This document shows, in pieces, positions 32,097 through 43,244 of a stretch of 64,000 nt of DNA. The DNA is from an uncultured Gemmatimonadales bacterium (GTDB lineage Bacteria; Gemmatimonadota; Gemmatimonadetes; Longimicrobiales; RSA9), in contig CAWCRS010000007.1 in the NCBI GenBank assembly GCA_963798085.1, forward strand, positions 608,001 through 672,000, written 5' to 3'. Both the position numbers and the translations under genes were made by a program. The notes beneath the pieces are model-generated. The model was not told the origin of the DNA. It saw nothing but the letters and a program-made list of their open reading frames with translations, and did not search any database. Position 1 is the stretch's first letter. Each line of letters opens with the position of its first letter.

Positions 32097-33020
32097 CTAA
32101 CGCCACCTTACGGTGAACCGGTGGACGGGCGAGGACTGCCGGACATCCTCGAAGGCATAGTCCAGGATGATGCGGTCACCGATGAACCCGGCGCCCAGCG
32201 TAATGGGGCGCAGGTCGGAGTCCTCGACCCAGCGGTAGCCCAGACGGGCGATGAACGTGCGGCCCGGCACCGGCCAGTACGCCACTTCGGCGCCGCCGCC
32301 GGCGGCATACTGGTCGCCGCGCATCCAGGAACCGGCTGCGGCCAGCGAGACATCGAGCGGCCCCAGCTGGTCCGTGCGCGTGGATGCGCCCAGTGTCACC
32401 GTGGTGGGCAGGCGGGCCGTGATGTCGGGGAACTCGGGCTGGCGCCCCAGATTGCGCGCCGAGATGCCGGCCGTGATGACGCCCAGGTTGTGCGCCACAC
32501 CCACGTCCGCCGCCACGGTCGCATCGTGCTCCCCGGCAATACGCTGATCGATGAGCTTGCCGCCTGCACCCAGGCGGAAGCCATGGAAAGGCCGGGCGAA
32601 TGCTGCCGTCACCACCTGCTCCGACGCATCGGCCGGGCCCGACGCATCCAGCCCCGCCTCGCCGCGCGCAAACGCACCCGACGCCAGGTCCGGCGCGCTG
32701 TAGTTCAGCGACTGCACGCCCAGCGCGATGCCGCCGTGCCAGAAGTCGACTGCCGCCGCCGCGCTCAGCAACGTGCTGCCGCCAAAATGCGAAAGTGAGG
32801 CACTGGCGCCGCGCGCATTGTCGACCAGCCCGGGATTGTAGAAGATCGCGTCCGCATCGGTGGAGCCGATGGTGTACGCATTGCCCAGCCCCAGCGCGCG
32901 CGTGCTGCCCGGCAGCTGCAGCAGCAGCGGCACTGCCCGGTCCGTCTGCGCCCGCACCCGCCCGCTCCATCCCAGCCCGCCCAGCACCAGCACCAGCAGC
33001 ACCACACGCCTGATGCCCAT
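32097..33020 (-). CDS. PorV/FadL-like outer-membrane beta-barrel
   Basis: Signal peptide; LQLPGSTRALGLGNAY...DAIFYNPG; C-term LDYAF..HRFTVRWR. Confidence 0.7.
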   Translation of the reverse strand: MGIRRVVLLVLVLGGLGWSGRVRAQTDRAVPLLLQLPGSTRALGLGNAYTIGSTDADAIFYNPGLVDNARGASASLSHFGGSTLLSAAAAVDFWHGGIALGVQSLNYSAPDLASGAFARGEAGLDASGPADASEQVVTAAFARPFHGFRLGAGGKLIDQRIAGEHDATVAADVGVAHNLGVITAGISARNLGRQPEFPDITARLPTTVTLGASTRTDQLGPLDVSLAAAGSWMRGDQYAAGGGAEVAYWPVPGRTFIARLGYRWVEDSDLRPITLGAGFIGDRIILDYAFEDVRQSSPVHRFTVRWR

Positions 33021-33207
33021 CACCCCTCCTGGATTGCCGTAACTAACGATATGGTAAGATTGCCGACCCGGCCCCGTCGCTTCCCGGCACAACCAACTCA
33101 GCAACGCCATCCATTCCCTTTTCCCGCCCCGGCCCGGGCCCGAGCAACGCCTTCAGACTCGTCGCGGTTCCCGGCCCCAGGCCGAGCCCCAGCCCGGGCA
33201 ACGTGAT

Positions 33208-36021
33208 TCACTTCGTACTGACCGGCATGAGCGACACCCTGACATAGCGGTCCTTCACCAGCCAGTCCCGCGCGGCGCCCGCGATGCGTTGCGGCGTCAC
33301 CGCGTCGATGAGCGCGGGCGTGTTCAGGAACGTGCCCGGGTCGGTGCCCTGCAGTGCCGAGCCCACCAGCTGGTTGAGCCAGAAGCCGTTCTCCTTCATG
33401 CTGGTCTCGAACGTGCGCCGCTGGTTCTCCTGCACCTTCTGCAGCGTGGCGGAGTCGGGACCGGCGGTCTGCAGCTTTGCGATCTCCGTAAACACGACGT
33501 TAACAAGCGAGTCGAGGCGCTCGGGCGCGGCGCCGAAATCTACGGTGAACGAGTAGTGCGCCCAGGGATCCCGGGCGCCGGAGGCCTGCACGCTCACGTC
33601 GTACGTGCCGCCCAGCTCCTCGCGCAGCACCTCGCGCAGCCGGATCTCCAGCGCATCGCCCAGGGAGCGCAGCAGCAGCAGATTTTCGCGACTGTAATCG
33701 AGCGGACCCGTGAACACGATCGCGGTGCGACTCTTCGGCTCGGCGCCGCTGTGCACCACACGCGTGACGACGCCCGTGGGCGGGCGCTCGCCATCGTCCT
33801 TCCAGCTCTCCGTGCGGCGGCTGGATGGCAGGCCGCCCAGCCAGCGCAGCACGAGTGGTCGCACCGAGTCCGGCTGGAAGCTGCCCACCAGCACGAACGT
33901 GAAATCACTCGCATCAGCGAAGCGGTCGCGATACACGCGGAAGGCGCGCGTGCGGTCGATCTCGTCCAGCAGCGCGGGCGTCACCGGCCGGGAGCGCTGG
34001 TGATGCTGCGCCAGCGTCACGGTGAGCGTGTCGCTGAACGCCACCTCGGGACTGGCCTGCTGCTGCTCGACCACGCCGCGCAGCCGCGTCATCAGCGAGC
34101 GGAACGCGACACTGTCCTCACGCGGTGCGGTCATGGTGAGCCAGACCAGCTGGAGCAGCGTCTCCAGGTCCTTCGGTGACGCGCTGCCCAGCACCCCTTC
34201 CGTCAGGTCATCGATCGCCGGTTGCACGTTCACGGCCTTGCCGGCCAGCACCTTCTGCAGCTGTGTCGCATCGAAGCTGCCCAGCCCGCTGAAGCGCACC
34301 AGCGTGGTGCTGAAGCCGCCGGACACGTAATCGGAATCGGAGACCAGCGAGAGACCGCCCGGACTGAAGCCGCGCACCAGCACTTCGTCGGCCTTGAAGT
34401 CGGTGGGTTTGAGCAGCACGCGCACGCCGTTGGACAGCCGCCACTCCGTAACACCCACGTTATCGTAGCGGCGCTCACTGGTGATGGTGCCGGGCGAGGG
34501 CGGTGCCGGCACCAGCGCCTCGACGGCCACCACGTCGTGGTAGGGCGCGATATCCTTCTGCTGCACTTTCGTGAAGGCGGCCAGCAGGTCGGCCCCCGAG
34601 GGCAGCGTCTGCCCCGCCTTCTTCGGCGCCTGCACCACTACCACGCGGTTAGCGGCCGTCATCCACACACCGGCCAGCGCATTGACGTCGGCCAGCGTGA
34701 TGGCCGGCAGGTACTCGCGCACCAGGTCGTATTCCAGAGTGATGCCGGGCACGCCTTCGCCCTCGAGGAAATGGCGGGCATACTCGTCGGCGTAGTCGCT
34801 CGATTCCGTCTTGTCGCGCTCCGCGAACGCCGACTCGTAGTAGCGCAGCATGTCGCTCTTCTCGCGCTGCAGCTCGGTGGCCGTGAAACCGTGCCGGGCG
34901 ACGCGCGCAGCTTCCGTCAGAATGGCATCGAGACCGCGCAGGATCTCACCCTCGCGCACGGCCGCGCCCACCGAATAGGCGCCGCGCGTGCGCACCAGCG
35001 CGCCTTCCGTGGAACTGGCGCCGACGAAGGGCGGATCCGCCTGCTGCGCCAGCTCGCCCAGCCGCGCGTTCAGCATGCCGTTGTAGAGCTGCGCGACCAG
35101 CGACCGGCGGTAGGCGGCAAACGTGCCCGTCGGCGCCACCGGCTGGCCGTAATAGACGTTGACGCTCGTGCCCGTGGCTTCCGGATCCGTGGCCACCACC
35201 ACCTGCGGCGAAGGGTGGTCGCTCACCGGGAAATTCGCCCTCGCCCGCTCCTTCGTCGGATTGCGCAGCGGCGTGAATTTCTGGCGTATCATCGATTCCA
35301 CGCGCGCCGCATCGAAGTCGCCCACCGCCACCACGGCCATGAGGTCGGGGCGGTACCAGTCGTTGTAGAAACGCAGCAGCACGGGCCGCTTGAAGGTCTC
35401 GATGGATTCCTTCGTGCCGATGGGCAGGCGCACCGCGTAGCGCGAGCCGCCGAACAGCACGGGGAACACCTGGTCGCGCAGGCGAGCGCCCGCACCCTGC
35501 CCCAGACGCCACTCTTCGACGACGACACCGCGCTCCTTCTCCACCTCCGTGGAATCGAAGCTCACTTCATGCGCCCAGTCCTCGAGGATCTGCACCCCCC
35601 GCTCCAGAGCCGAGCCCGTGTCCGTGGGGACCGTCAGCACGTAGACCGTCTCGTCGAAGCCCGTATAGGCGTTCAGGTCGGCGCCAAACTGCATACCAAT
35701 GGACTCGAGATAGTTGACCAGCTCCTGTTTCCTGAAGTGCGCCGTGCCGTTGAACGACATATGCTCGACCACGTGCGCCAGACCGAGCTGATCATCGTCC
35801 TCGAGTACGGAGCCCGCATTGACCACCAGCATCAGCTGGGCGCGCTTCTCCGGCTTCGTATTCGCGCGCACGAAGTATTGCAGCCCGTTGTCGAGACGAC
35901 CCGCGCGCACAAGCGGATCGAGCGGGATGGGCGCCTTCGGGTCGCGCTGCTGTCCCGCGGCGAAACTGGCGGAGGCCAGCAGGCAGAGCGGGACCAGCAC
36001 CAGGGGTCGAATTCGTCGCAT
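33208..36021 (-). CDS. M16 (PqqL/insulinase-like) zinc metallopeptidase
   Basis: GLAHVVEHMSFNGT (HXXEH), NAYTGFDETVY, KERGVVVEEWR, second LSNGVRV lobe. Confidence 0.93.
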   Translation of the reverse strand: MRRIRPLVLVPLCLLASASFAAGQQRDPKAPIPLDPLVRAGRLDNGLQYFVRANTKPEKRAQLMLVVNAGSVLEDDDQLGLAHVVEHMSFNGTAHFRKQELVNYLESIGMQFGADLNAYTGFDETVYVLTVPTDTGSALERGVQILEDWAHEVSFDSTEVEKERGVVVEEWRLGQGAGARLRDQVFPVLFGGSRYAVRLPIGTKESIETFKRPVLLRFYNDWYRPDLMAVVAVGDFDAARVESMIRQKFTPLRNPTKERARANFPVSDHPSPQVVVATDPEATGTSVNVYYGQPVAPTGTFAAYRRSLVAQLYNGMLNARLGELAQQADPPFVGASSTEGALVRTRGAYSVGAAVREGEILRGLDAILTEAARVARHGFTATELQREKSDMLRYYESAFAERDKTESSDYADEYARHFLEGEGVPGITLEYDLVREYLPAITLADVNALAGVWMTAANRVVVVQAPKKAGQTLPSGADLLAAFTKVQQKDIAPYHDVVAVEALVPAPPSPGTITSERRYDNVGVTEWRLSNGVRVLLKPTDFKADEVLVRGFSPGGLSLVSDSDYVSGGFSTTLVRFSGLGSFDATQLQKVLAGKAVNVQPAIDDLTEGVLGSASPKDLETLLQLVWLTMTAPREDSVAFRSLMTRLRGVVEQQQASPEVAFSDTLTVTLAQHHQRSRPVTPALLDEIDRTRAFRVYRDRFADASDFTFVLVGSFQPDSVRPLVLRWLGGLPSSRRTESWKDDGERPPTGVVTRVVHSGAEPKSRTAIVFTGPLDYSRENLLLLRSLGDALEIRLREVLREELGGTYDVSVQASGARDPWAHYSFTVDFGAAPERLDSLVNVVFTEIAKLQTAGPDSATLQKVQENQRRTFETSMKENGFWLNQLVGSALQGTDPGTFLNTPALIDAVTPQRIAGAARDWLVKDRYVRVSLMPVSTK

Positions 36022-36314
36022 TGCTGCTCCCGTTAACGCTGGCGTGAACGCTGGAACGGGTGCCTGCGACGCGTCCGTGATGCGCCGCGTGCCGCTGCTG
36101 CCACCCGCCCGGTGCCGCTTGACAGGCCGCACCGCGCGGGGAAGTTACCGCAGCGGTTGTTGCCGGGGGAAGTCGGCCGGGGTGAAGCCTGCGCCCGGCG
36201 GGGCGTGTGTCCTTCCCATCGAGCACAGTGCCGCCGCGCAGAATCGGCGCATCCCGCCATGTCGCGAACGCTGGATGCGCAGCATCGTTCACTGCGAAGG
36301 GATTCGAGACGACA

Positions 36315-36860
36315 ATGAACGACACGGTTCCCGTCGTGGCCCTGGCGGGGCGGCGGGTGGATGCGCCCGATGCGCCTCCCCGCTTTCCGGCGACACAGGT
36401 AGCAGTCGTGCGCGATCGCCTGCGCGCCCTGTTCCAGGATATCGGAGCCGGTACGCTCGTGTGCTCGGGCGCCTGCGGTGCGGACCTCACCGCGCTCGAG
36501 GTCGCCGGCGAACTGGGTATGCACCGGCGTGTCGTGCTGCCGTTTCCACGCGACCGGTTCCGCGCCACGTCCGTCGTGGACCGCGGCGAGGCATGGGGCA
36601 ATGTGTACGATCGCGTGCTGGGCCAGCTGCCGCGCGTCGACGTCGTCGAGCTGGGCCTGGCCGAAGGCGATGCCGCATACGCGCGCGCCAACCAGGCCAT
36701 TCTCAATGAGGCTGTGCAGCTCGCCGGCAATGACTCGCCGGTGGCGGTGATTGTGTGGGAAGGCGAGCCACGCGGCCACGGCGACATGACGCAGAATTTC
36801 GCCAGCGCCGCACGCGAACGCGGCATGTCCGTGCGCGAGGTGCGTACTCGCGACGCCTGA
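36315..36860 (+). CDS. Stand-alone SLOG-like nucleotide-binding domain protein
   Basis: ALAGRRVD..PRFP, CSGACGADL, VVLPF...F...SV, YARANQAI, VIVWEG...G.T..F. Confidence 0.6.
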   Translation: MNDTVPVVALAGRRVDAPDAPPRFPATQVAVVRDRLRALFQDIGAGTLVCSGACGADLTALEVAGELGMHRRVVLPFPRDRFRATSVVDRGEAWGNVYDRVLGQLPRVDVVELGLAEGDAAYARANQAILNEAVQLAGNDSPVAVIVWEGEPRGHGDMTQNFASAARERGMSVREVRTRDA

Positions 36861-37023
36861 GTTCGCGCGGGCGTCCAACGGGCGAGCATCGGGCGAGCCA
36901 TCCCAACACGGCCGTCGGATCGCGCCAACGCGCTCATGTCGGGCAGCGTCGCGCCGAGACTGTCAGGAGATTCCTGACCTGGGCGACGGGCAGGCCGCGA
37001 AGTGGCGGTCCCGGGGGTGGAGC

Positions 37024-38382
37024 ATGAAACGATCACTGCGTGCGCTGCTGGCCGCACTCGGCTGCCTCATGGCGGAGGCCGCCGCGGTCCGCGCACAGGT
37101 CGTGGCCTCACACCCGCCCGAGTTCTCACACACCCTGGCAGTCGCCACCTTCGACAGCGCCTGGGATCGCATCTACCACACGCATTACGACAGCACTTTC
37201 CATGGCGTGGACTGGCATGCCGTGCGCACCGAGTTGCGCCCGCGCGCCGAACAGGCGGGATCGCTTGCCGAGCTGCGTCAGGTTCTGCGCGACATGCTGG
37301 CGAGGCTCGGCGAATCGCACTACACGCTGATTCCCGGCGAGCTCGCGGATGCCATGGAGGCGGACCGTCCGGCCAGCGAAAGCGACAACGGGTATCCCGG
37401 CGATCTCGGTCTGGAGCTGCGCCTGGTGGATGGGCGGCTCGCCGTCTTCCGCGTCGATTCGACCGGGCCCGCGGCCGTCGCGGGAGTGCACGCGGGCTGG
37501 GTCGTAGAAGCAATCGGCGAGTGGCGGCCCGCGGAAGCGCTGCAGCGCCTCGCTGGCTTGGCCGGCACGGAGCAGAGGAACGCACGCACGCAGTTCCTGT
37601 ACAGCGCGAATGCTCAGGCGGAGGGCACGTCGGGCACCCTTGCGGTGCTGCAGCTGCGCGATGGCGAGGACCGCAGCCGGTCGCTCAGGATCCCCCGCCG
37701 CCGCCGTCCGGGCGAGCCCATCCATTTTGGCAATCTGCCCACTTTCATTGCGAAACTCGACCATGTCCGACTGGCGGACGGCTCGGGTTGCGTCGGGATC
37801 ATCCGTTTCAATGTCTGGATGGTCCCCCTGATGCACGACTTCGATCAGGCGGTCGATGACGTCCGGGACTGCCGCGGCATCGTGCTCGATATCCGCGGCA
37901 ATCCAGGCGGTGTGGCTGGCATGGTGATGGGCGTGTCCGGACACTTCCTGAACCAGCCGACCTCGCTGGGCACCATGCGGCAGCGCGGCAATTCCCTCGA
38001 TTTCGTGGCCAATCCTCGCCGTGTGGACACCCACGCGCGTGCCGTGGAGCCGTTTGCGGGTCGGCTGGCCGTGCTCATCGACGGCATGAGCGTCAGCACC
38101 TCCGAGATCTTCGCCGGCGGTATGCAGGCGATCGGCCGCGCCCGCGTCTTCGGCGAAACCTCCGCCGGGCAGGCGTTGCCCGCCGGACTGGTGCGCCTGC
38201 CCGATGGCGACGTGCTCATGCACGTGCTCGCGGACTTCACGGCGGCTGGTGGCACGCGCATTGAAGGAAAGGGCGTTACTCCGGACCAGGCTGTGGTACT
38301 GCACCGCGCTGATCTCCTTGCCGGTCGTGACCCGACGCTGGAGGCGGCACTGACCTGGATCCACGCAGATTCGACGCGCTGA
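37024..38382 (+). CDS. S41-family peptidase
   Basis: Signal peptide, PDZ-like segment, LDIRGNPGG, SVSTSEIFAG, GETSAG, IEGKGVTPD. Confidence 0.9.
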   Translation: MKRSLRALLAALGCLMAEAAAVRAQVVASHPPEFSHTLAVATFDSAWDRIYHTHYDSTFHGVDWHAVRTELRPRAEQAGSLAELRQVLRDMLARLGESHYTLIPGELADAMEADRPASESDNGYPGDLGLELRLVDGRLAVFRVDSTGPAAVAGVHAGWVVEAIGEWRPAEALQRLAGLAGTEQRNARTQFLYSANAQAEGTSGTLAVLQLRDGEDRSRSLRIPRRRRPGEPIHFGNLPTFIAKLDHVRLADGSGCVGIIRFNVWMVPLMHDFDQAVDDVRDCRGIVLDIRGNPGGVAGMVMGVSGHFLNQPTSLGTMRQRGNSLDFVANPRRVDTHARAVEPFAGRLAVLIDGMSVSTSEIFAGGMQAIGRARVFGETSAGQALPAGLVRLPDGDVLMHVLADFTAAGGTRIEGKGVTPDQAVVLHRADLLAGRDPTLEAALTWIHADSTR

Positions 38383-38496
38383 GCTGCCATGCGTAGAGGC
38401 TCAATGCAGAGTATGGCGCTGCAGACCCGTCGGCCGTTACTGTGCGCTCGTGCCGGGAACCATTCCCGCTGGGGCGCCCAAACGAGGAGACGTCAC

Positions 38497-39270
38497 ATGC
38501 AACCAATGGTCGAGCGGGCGACGAAGCCCGTCCGCACTTTCGTCGTCATGGCCGCCTTCACTGCCGTGCTGCCGCTCCGGTTGCTGGCGCAGGCGCCGCT
38601 GCCTGCGGCCCGCTATCTCCTGGACCGGCACCTCGCAATGACCAACAGCCGGCTGCTCATGCAGCGCGGCGTCGTGCACACGACGGGCACCTTCAGCATG
38701 ACCTCCATGGGCACCACGGGCGACCTGGAGGTGATCCACGCGCAGCCGAACCGCACCCTGATGCGCGTGACACTGCCAGGCCTGGGCGAGATCCGCACTG
38801 GTTTCGATGGCCAGGTCGGCTGGTCCATGAACGCCATGGAAGGGCCCCGGCTCATGAGCGGCGCCGAGCTGACGCAGATCCGCGATGAAGCCGACTTCGG
38901 CAGCAACGTGCGTGATTCCTCGCTGTTCGCCACCATGGAAACGGTGGAGAAGACCGAGATGGGTGGTGTGCCGTGCTACAAGGTGCGTCTGGCCTGGAAA
39001 TCGGGACGCGAGACCTTCGACTGCTACGCCGTGGACAGCGGTCTCCTCGTGGGCAGCGTCGTGAAGACGCAGACCGCCATGGGCGCGGTGGACGCGGTGA
39101 TCCTGTTCAGCGATTATCGCGACTTCGATGGCGTGAAGATGCCCGTCACCAGCACGCAGCAGGCCTTCGGGCAGACCATGGTGATGAAAGTGAACCGCGT
39201 GACATACGAGCCTGTCGAGGCTTCCGTCTTCGACCTGCCCGCCGAGATCCGGGCGCTCGTGCACAAGTAA
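38497..39270 (+). CDS. Exported LolA-like/DUF620-like protein
   Basis: Signal peptide, GFDGQVGW, CYKVRL, FSDYRDFDGVKMP, VFDLP. Confidence 0.65.
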   Translation: MQPMVERATKPVRTFVVMAAFTAVLPLRLLAQAPLPAARYLLDRHLAMTNSRLLMQRGVVHTTGTFSMTSMGTTGDLEVIHAQPNRTLMRVTLPGLGEIRTGFDGQVGWSMNAMEGPRLMSGAELTQIRDEADFGSNVRDSSLFATMETVEKTEMGGVPCYKVRLAWKSGRETFDCYAVDSGLLVGSVVKTQTAMGAVDAVILFSDYRDFDGVKMPVTSTQQAFGQTMVMKVNRVTYEPVEASVFDLPAEIRALVHK

Positions 39271-40457
39271 TGCGGCGGCCGTCGCGGGCAGGAAGCCCGC
39301 CGCCGGGCCAGAACGACGCAGCCGTCCACATTGATGCCGACATCGCGCGCGCGGGCACACTGCCCGCGCGCGTTTATCATGATAACACGCTGTTCGAGCT
39401 GCAGAAGGAGCGCATCTTCGCCCGCACCTGGCAGCTGGCGGGCGAGGCGGAGCGTGTGCGCGCGCCCGGTCACGTGCTGCCCTTCACGCTGCTCGAGGGC
39501 TGCCTCGACGAACCCCTCGTGCTCTCCCGCGATGAGAGCGGCGCGCTGCACTGTCTGTCCAACGTGTGCACGCACCGGGGCGCCCTGGTGGTGGAGGGCG
39601 AAGGGCATCTGCACGGGCTGCGCTGCCGCTACCACGGCCGGCGCTACGGGCTAGATGGCCGTTTCCATTCGATGCCCGAATTCGACAATGTGCCGGACTT
39701 CCCCACGGCCGCGGACGATCTGCCGCGGCTGCCCGTGAGGTACTGGGGACCGTTCGCCTTCACCGCGCTGGCTGCGGCCTTTCCGTTCGATGCGTGGATC
39801 GCGCCCGTGCGCGAGCGTGTCGATTTCCTCGATCCGGCCGGCTTCGTGTTCGACGCCGCCACCTCGCGTGATTACACGATTGATGCTAACTGGGCGTTAT
39901 ACGTCGACAACTATCTCGAAGAGTTTCACATCCCGTACGTGCACGGCGCCAGCCTGGGCGACAAGCTGGATTACGGCGCCTACCGCACAGAGCTGTTCCG
40001 CTGGGGCAGCCTGCAGCTGGGCGTGGCGCGACCCGGCGAAGATGCGTTCACGCTGCCCGCCGATCACCCGCACGGCCAGGAGCGCATCGCCGCATTCTAC
40101 TTCTGGCTGTTTCCCAACCTCATGCTGAACTTCTATCCGTGGGGGCTTTCCGTGAACGTCGTGCGGCCCCTGGCCGCCGATCGTACGCGCGTCTCGTTCC
40201 TGTCATGGGTGCACGATGCCAGCCGGCGCGGCACCGGCGCCGGCGCCGATCTGCACCGCGTCGAGATGGAAGACGAAGAAGTGGTCGAGTCCGTGCAGCG
40301 CGGCGTCCGTTCCCGCCTCTACGAACGCGGCCGCTACTCCCCTCGCCGCGAAGTCGGAACCCATCACTTCCATCGCCTGCTCGCGGAATTCCTCGGCGCC
40401 GAGCCTGCCGACGGTCAGACCACGGCCAGGGACGGAGAGGCCACGCCCGGCGCCTGA
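39270..40457 (+). CDS. Rieske ring-hydroxylating oxygenase alpha subunit (choline monooxygenase-like)
   Basis: CTHRG...CRYHG Rieske site; DNYLEEFHIPYVH and EDEEV iron ligands; start overlaps upstream stop. Confidence 0.9.
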   Translation: MRRPSRAGSPPPGQNDAAVHIDADIARAGTLPARVYHDNTLFELQKERIFARTWQLAGEAERVRAPGHVLPFTLLEGCLDEPLVLSRDESGALHCLSNVCTHRGALVVEGEGHLHGLRCRYHGRRYGLDGRFHSMPEFDNVPDFPTAADDLPRLPVRYWGPFAFTALAAAFPFDAWIAPVRERVDFLDPAGFVFDAATSRDYTIDANWALYVDNYLEEFHIPYVHGASLGDKLDYGAYRTELFRWGSLQLGVARPGEDAFTLPADHPHGQERIAAFYFWLFPNLMLNFYPWGLSVNVVRPLAADRTRVSFLSWVHDASRRGTGAGADLHRVEMEDEEVVESVQRGVRSRLYERGRYSPRREVGTHHFHRLLAEFLGAEPADGQTTARDGEATPGA

Positions 40458-40660
40458 CCGTTACCCTCCTGACAGTTCGCGATGCACGCACGTGTCGCTT
40501 CGCGCACCCCATTCCCGCCTTTACAGTCAACACCGCGGATCACGCTCTGTGCGACCGGGTGCGCGCCCGGTAGATTGCGCGCCCATCACCTGTCCGGGCG
40601 AAGTCCGACCACATTCACGCTGCTGGACGGCCCCACGGCCGCGACCGGGACTCTGCGAAC

Positions 40661-43244
40661 ATGAACCGCGACACCTGTCTGCGTCTGGCCCGGCTGCTTG
40701 CATTCACCGCCCCGTTGCTGGGCGCGCCGGCACTCGTGCACGCACAAGCGACGCCGCTCCCGGCGTGGGCCGACAGTTTCGTGGTCATTGCACCGGGCGC
40801 GCAGTACGCCAGGGGCGGCCTGCTGCGCCTGCTGCTGGGTGGGCACAACCGGGACCTGTGGGCCACGAAGATCCGCGTGCCGGTCATCAATCTGCAGCGC
40901 TACGCCGGCGGTCTCACGGAGCTGCTCGCACACTCCGGCAGCCAGACGAAATCGGTTCGCTTCCAGGGCGCCGATGGCCGTACCTACCAGTTCCGCAGTG
41001 TGGACAAGGATCCCACCGCACTGCTCGCACCCGAACTGCAGCGTACGGCGGTGGCGAAAACACTGCAGGACGGCGTCAGCTCATCGCAGCCGGTAGGCTC
41101 TCTCATCGCCAGCGCATTGCTGCAGGCGGCCGGTGTGCTGCATGTGGACCAGACGCTGGCGGTACTGCCCGATGATCCCGCGCTGGGCGATGCACGCAAG
41201 GATTTCGCGGGCGTCTTCGGCATGATGGAAGTGCGGCCGGACGAGAACGACGACGAGAGCGCGGCGTTCGCGGGCGCACGCAGAGTCATCTCGCCCACCC
41301 GCCTCTTCGAGCGCATTCGACCGCAGTCCCGACGATCGCGTGGATGCGCGCGCATTCCTTGTCGCGAGGCTCATGGACATCTTCATGGGTGACCGCGACC
41401 GTCACCGCGACCAGTTCCGCTGGGCCAGCTTCTCCGACTCGACGCCCACGTTCTGGCAGCCCATTTCCCGCGACCACGACGAAGCGTTCGTGAAGATCGA
41501 CGGGCCCGTTCTCGACATTGCCGCCATCGACTATCCACCGCTGGTCAACTTCACCGAGGACTATCCGCCGCATTTGCGCCTGAACTGGCACTCGCGCGAG
41601 ATCGACCGCCGCTTCCTGGTCGGGCTGGATCGCCACGCCTGGGATTCCGTGGCCACCGCATTGCAGGCGACGCTCACCGATGCCGTAATCGACGACGCGG
41701 TCCGCAAGCTGCCGCCCGAGATGTATGCCGTGGCCGGCGCGCGCCTCGCGCGCATCCTGCGGGTGCGCCGCGACAAGCTGGTGGACGAGGCGCTCAGCTA
41801 CTACCGCTTCCTGGCGGGCGAGGTCGAGATCCACGCCACGGACGCGGCCGAGGTCGCCACCATCACACGCGTGGATGAACACGCGCTCGACCTGAGCATC
41901 CGCGAGCGGCGCGCGTCCGCGCCCTGGTTCCAGCGCCGCTTCGACGACCGCGAGACCCGCGAGATCCGGCTGCGCCTGTGGGGCCGCGATGACAGTGTGT
42001 TAGTGAGCGGCCCGGGCAGCGCCAACATTCGCGTGCGTGTGGTGGGTGGCAAGGGCGACGACGTGCTGGTCGACTCCGCGCGCACCGGCTACCTGCGCTA
42101 CTACGACGATGCCGGTGACAACCGTGTCGTCTCCGGCAACGGGCTGCGCATTAACAGCAAGCCGTACCAGGAGTGGGTGGGCAACGACACCGTGCGCTAC
42201 CCGCCGCGCGAATGGGGAACCTGGTGGCGCCCGCTGCCCTGGATCACGGCTTCCTCCGATCTCGGCCTCTTCATTGGGGGCGGCTTCGTACGCACCGAGT
42301 ACGGATTCCGCAGGGCGCCCTGGGCTTCGAACATTGATGCGCGCGTGGGCTATGCCACGAGCGCGGCTGCGCCGCGGGCGGAGCTGAATGCCGACGTGCG
42401 TCGCGAGAATGCCTCGCTCTTCTGGCGCCTCAACCTCTACGCCTCCGGCATCGAGGTGCTGCGCTACTACGGTCCGGGCAACGCCTCGGACTCCACCGGC
42501 GGCGTCGAATTCCACAAGGTGGACCAGCAGCAGTACGCCGTGCGGCCATCGCTCGCGCTGCCGCTGGGCAAATCGGCCGAGCTGTCCGTGGGACCTATGC
42601 TGCGCTGGTCTCACACCGGCGCCAACGAAGGACGCTTCATTGCCGGCATCCGCGACACGCTCTATGGCGCCGGCGACTTCGGCGAGGTCGGTGCGCGCGC
42701 GGGCTTCTCGCTGGACACGCGCGACAAGGCAGCGAACCCGCGCAGCGGCGTGCACCTGCGCACAGAGGCGCGCGTGGTGCCCGCTGTCTGGGACGCGACC
42801 TCGTCCTATGGTTCGCTCGAGGGCGAAGCCGCCACGTATCTGAGCGCCAGCCTGCCGACCACGCCTGTGCTCGCGCTCCGCGCCGGCGCCAGCAAGCTCT
42901 GGGGCACCTTCCCCTTCGAGGACGCCGCCTTCCTCGGCGGCCGGGCCACGCTGCGCGGCTTCCCGCAGCAGCGCTTTGCCGGCGATGCCGCTACCTGGGG
43001 CAGCGCCGAGCTGCGCCTGTCGCTCACACGCACCTACATCTTCCTGCCTGCACTCTGGGGCCTATTCGGCGGCGGCGATGCCGGCCGTGTCTGGGTGAAC
43101 GGCGATTCTCCAGGGGGCTGGCACACCGATGCCGGCGGCGGCATCTGGATCGCCTTCCTCGATCGCGCCAACACGCTCACGTTCGGCTTCTCCCTCAGCC
43201 CGGAGCGCACCGCCATCTACGCAGGCATGGGCTTCGCCTTCTGA
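40661..43244 (+). CDS. Omp85/BamA-TamA-like barrel with N-terminal kinase-like domain (frameshift near 41320)
   Basis: GSQTKSVRF..YQFRSVDKD, GDRDRHRDQFRW..PISRDHD; barrel motif TLRGFPQQRFAG; terminal GMGFAF. Confidence 0.8.
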
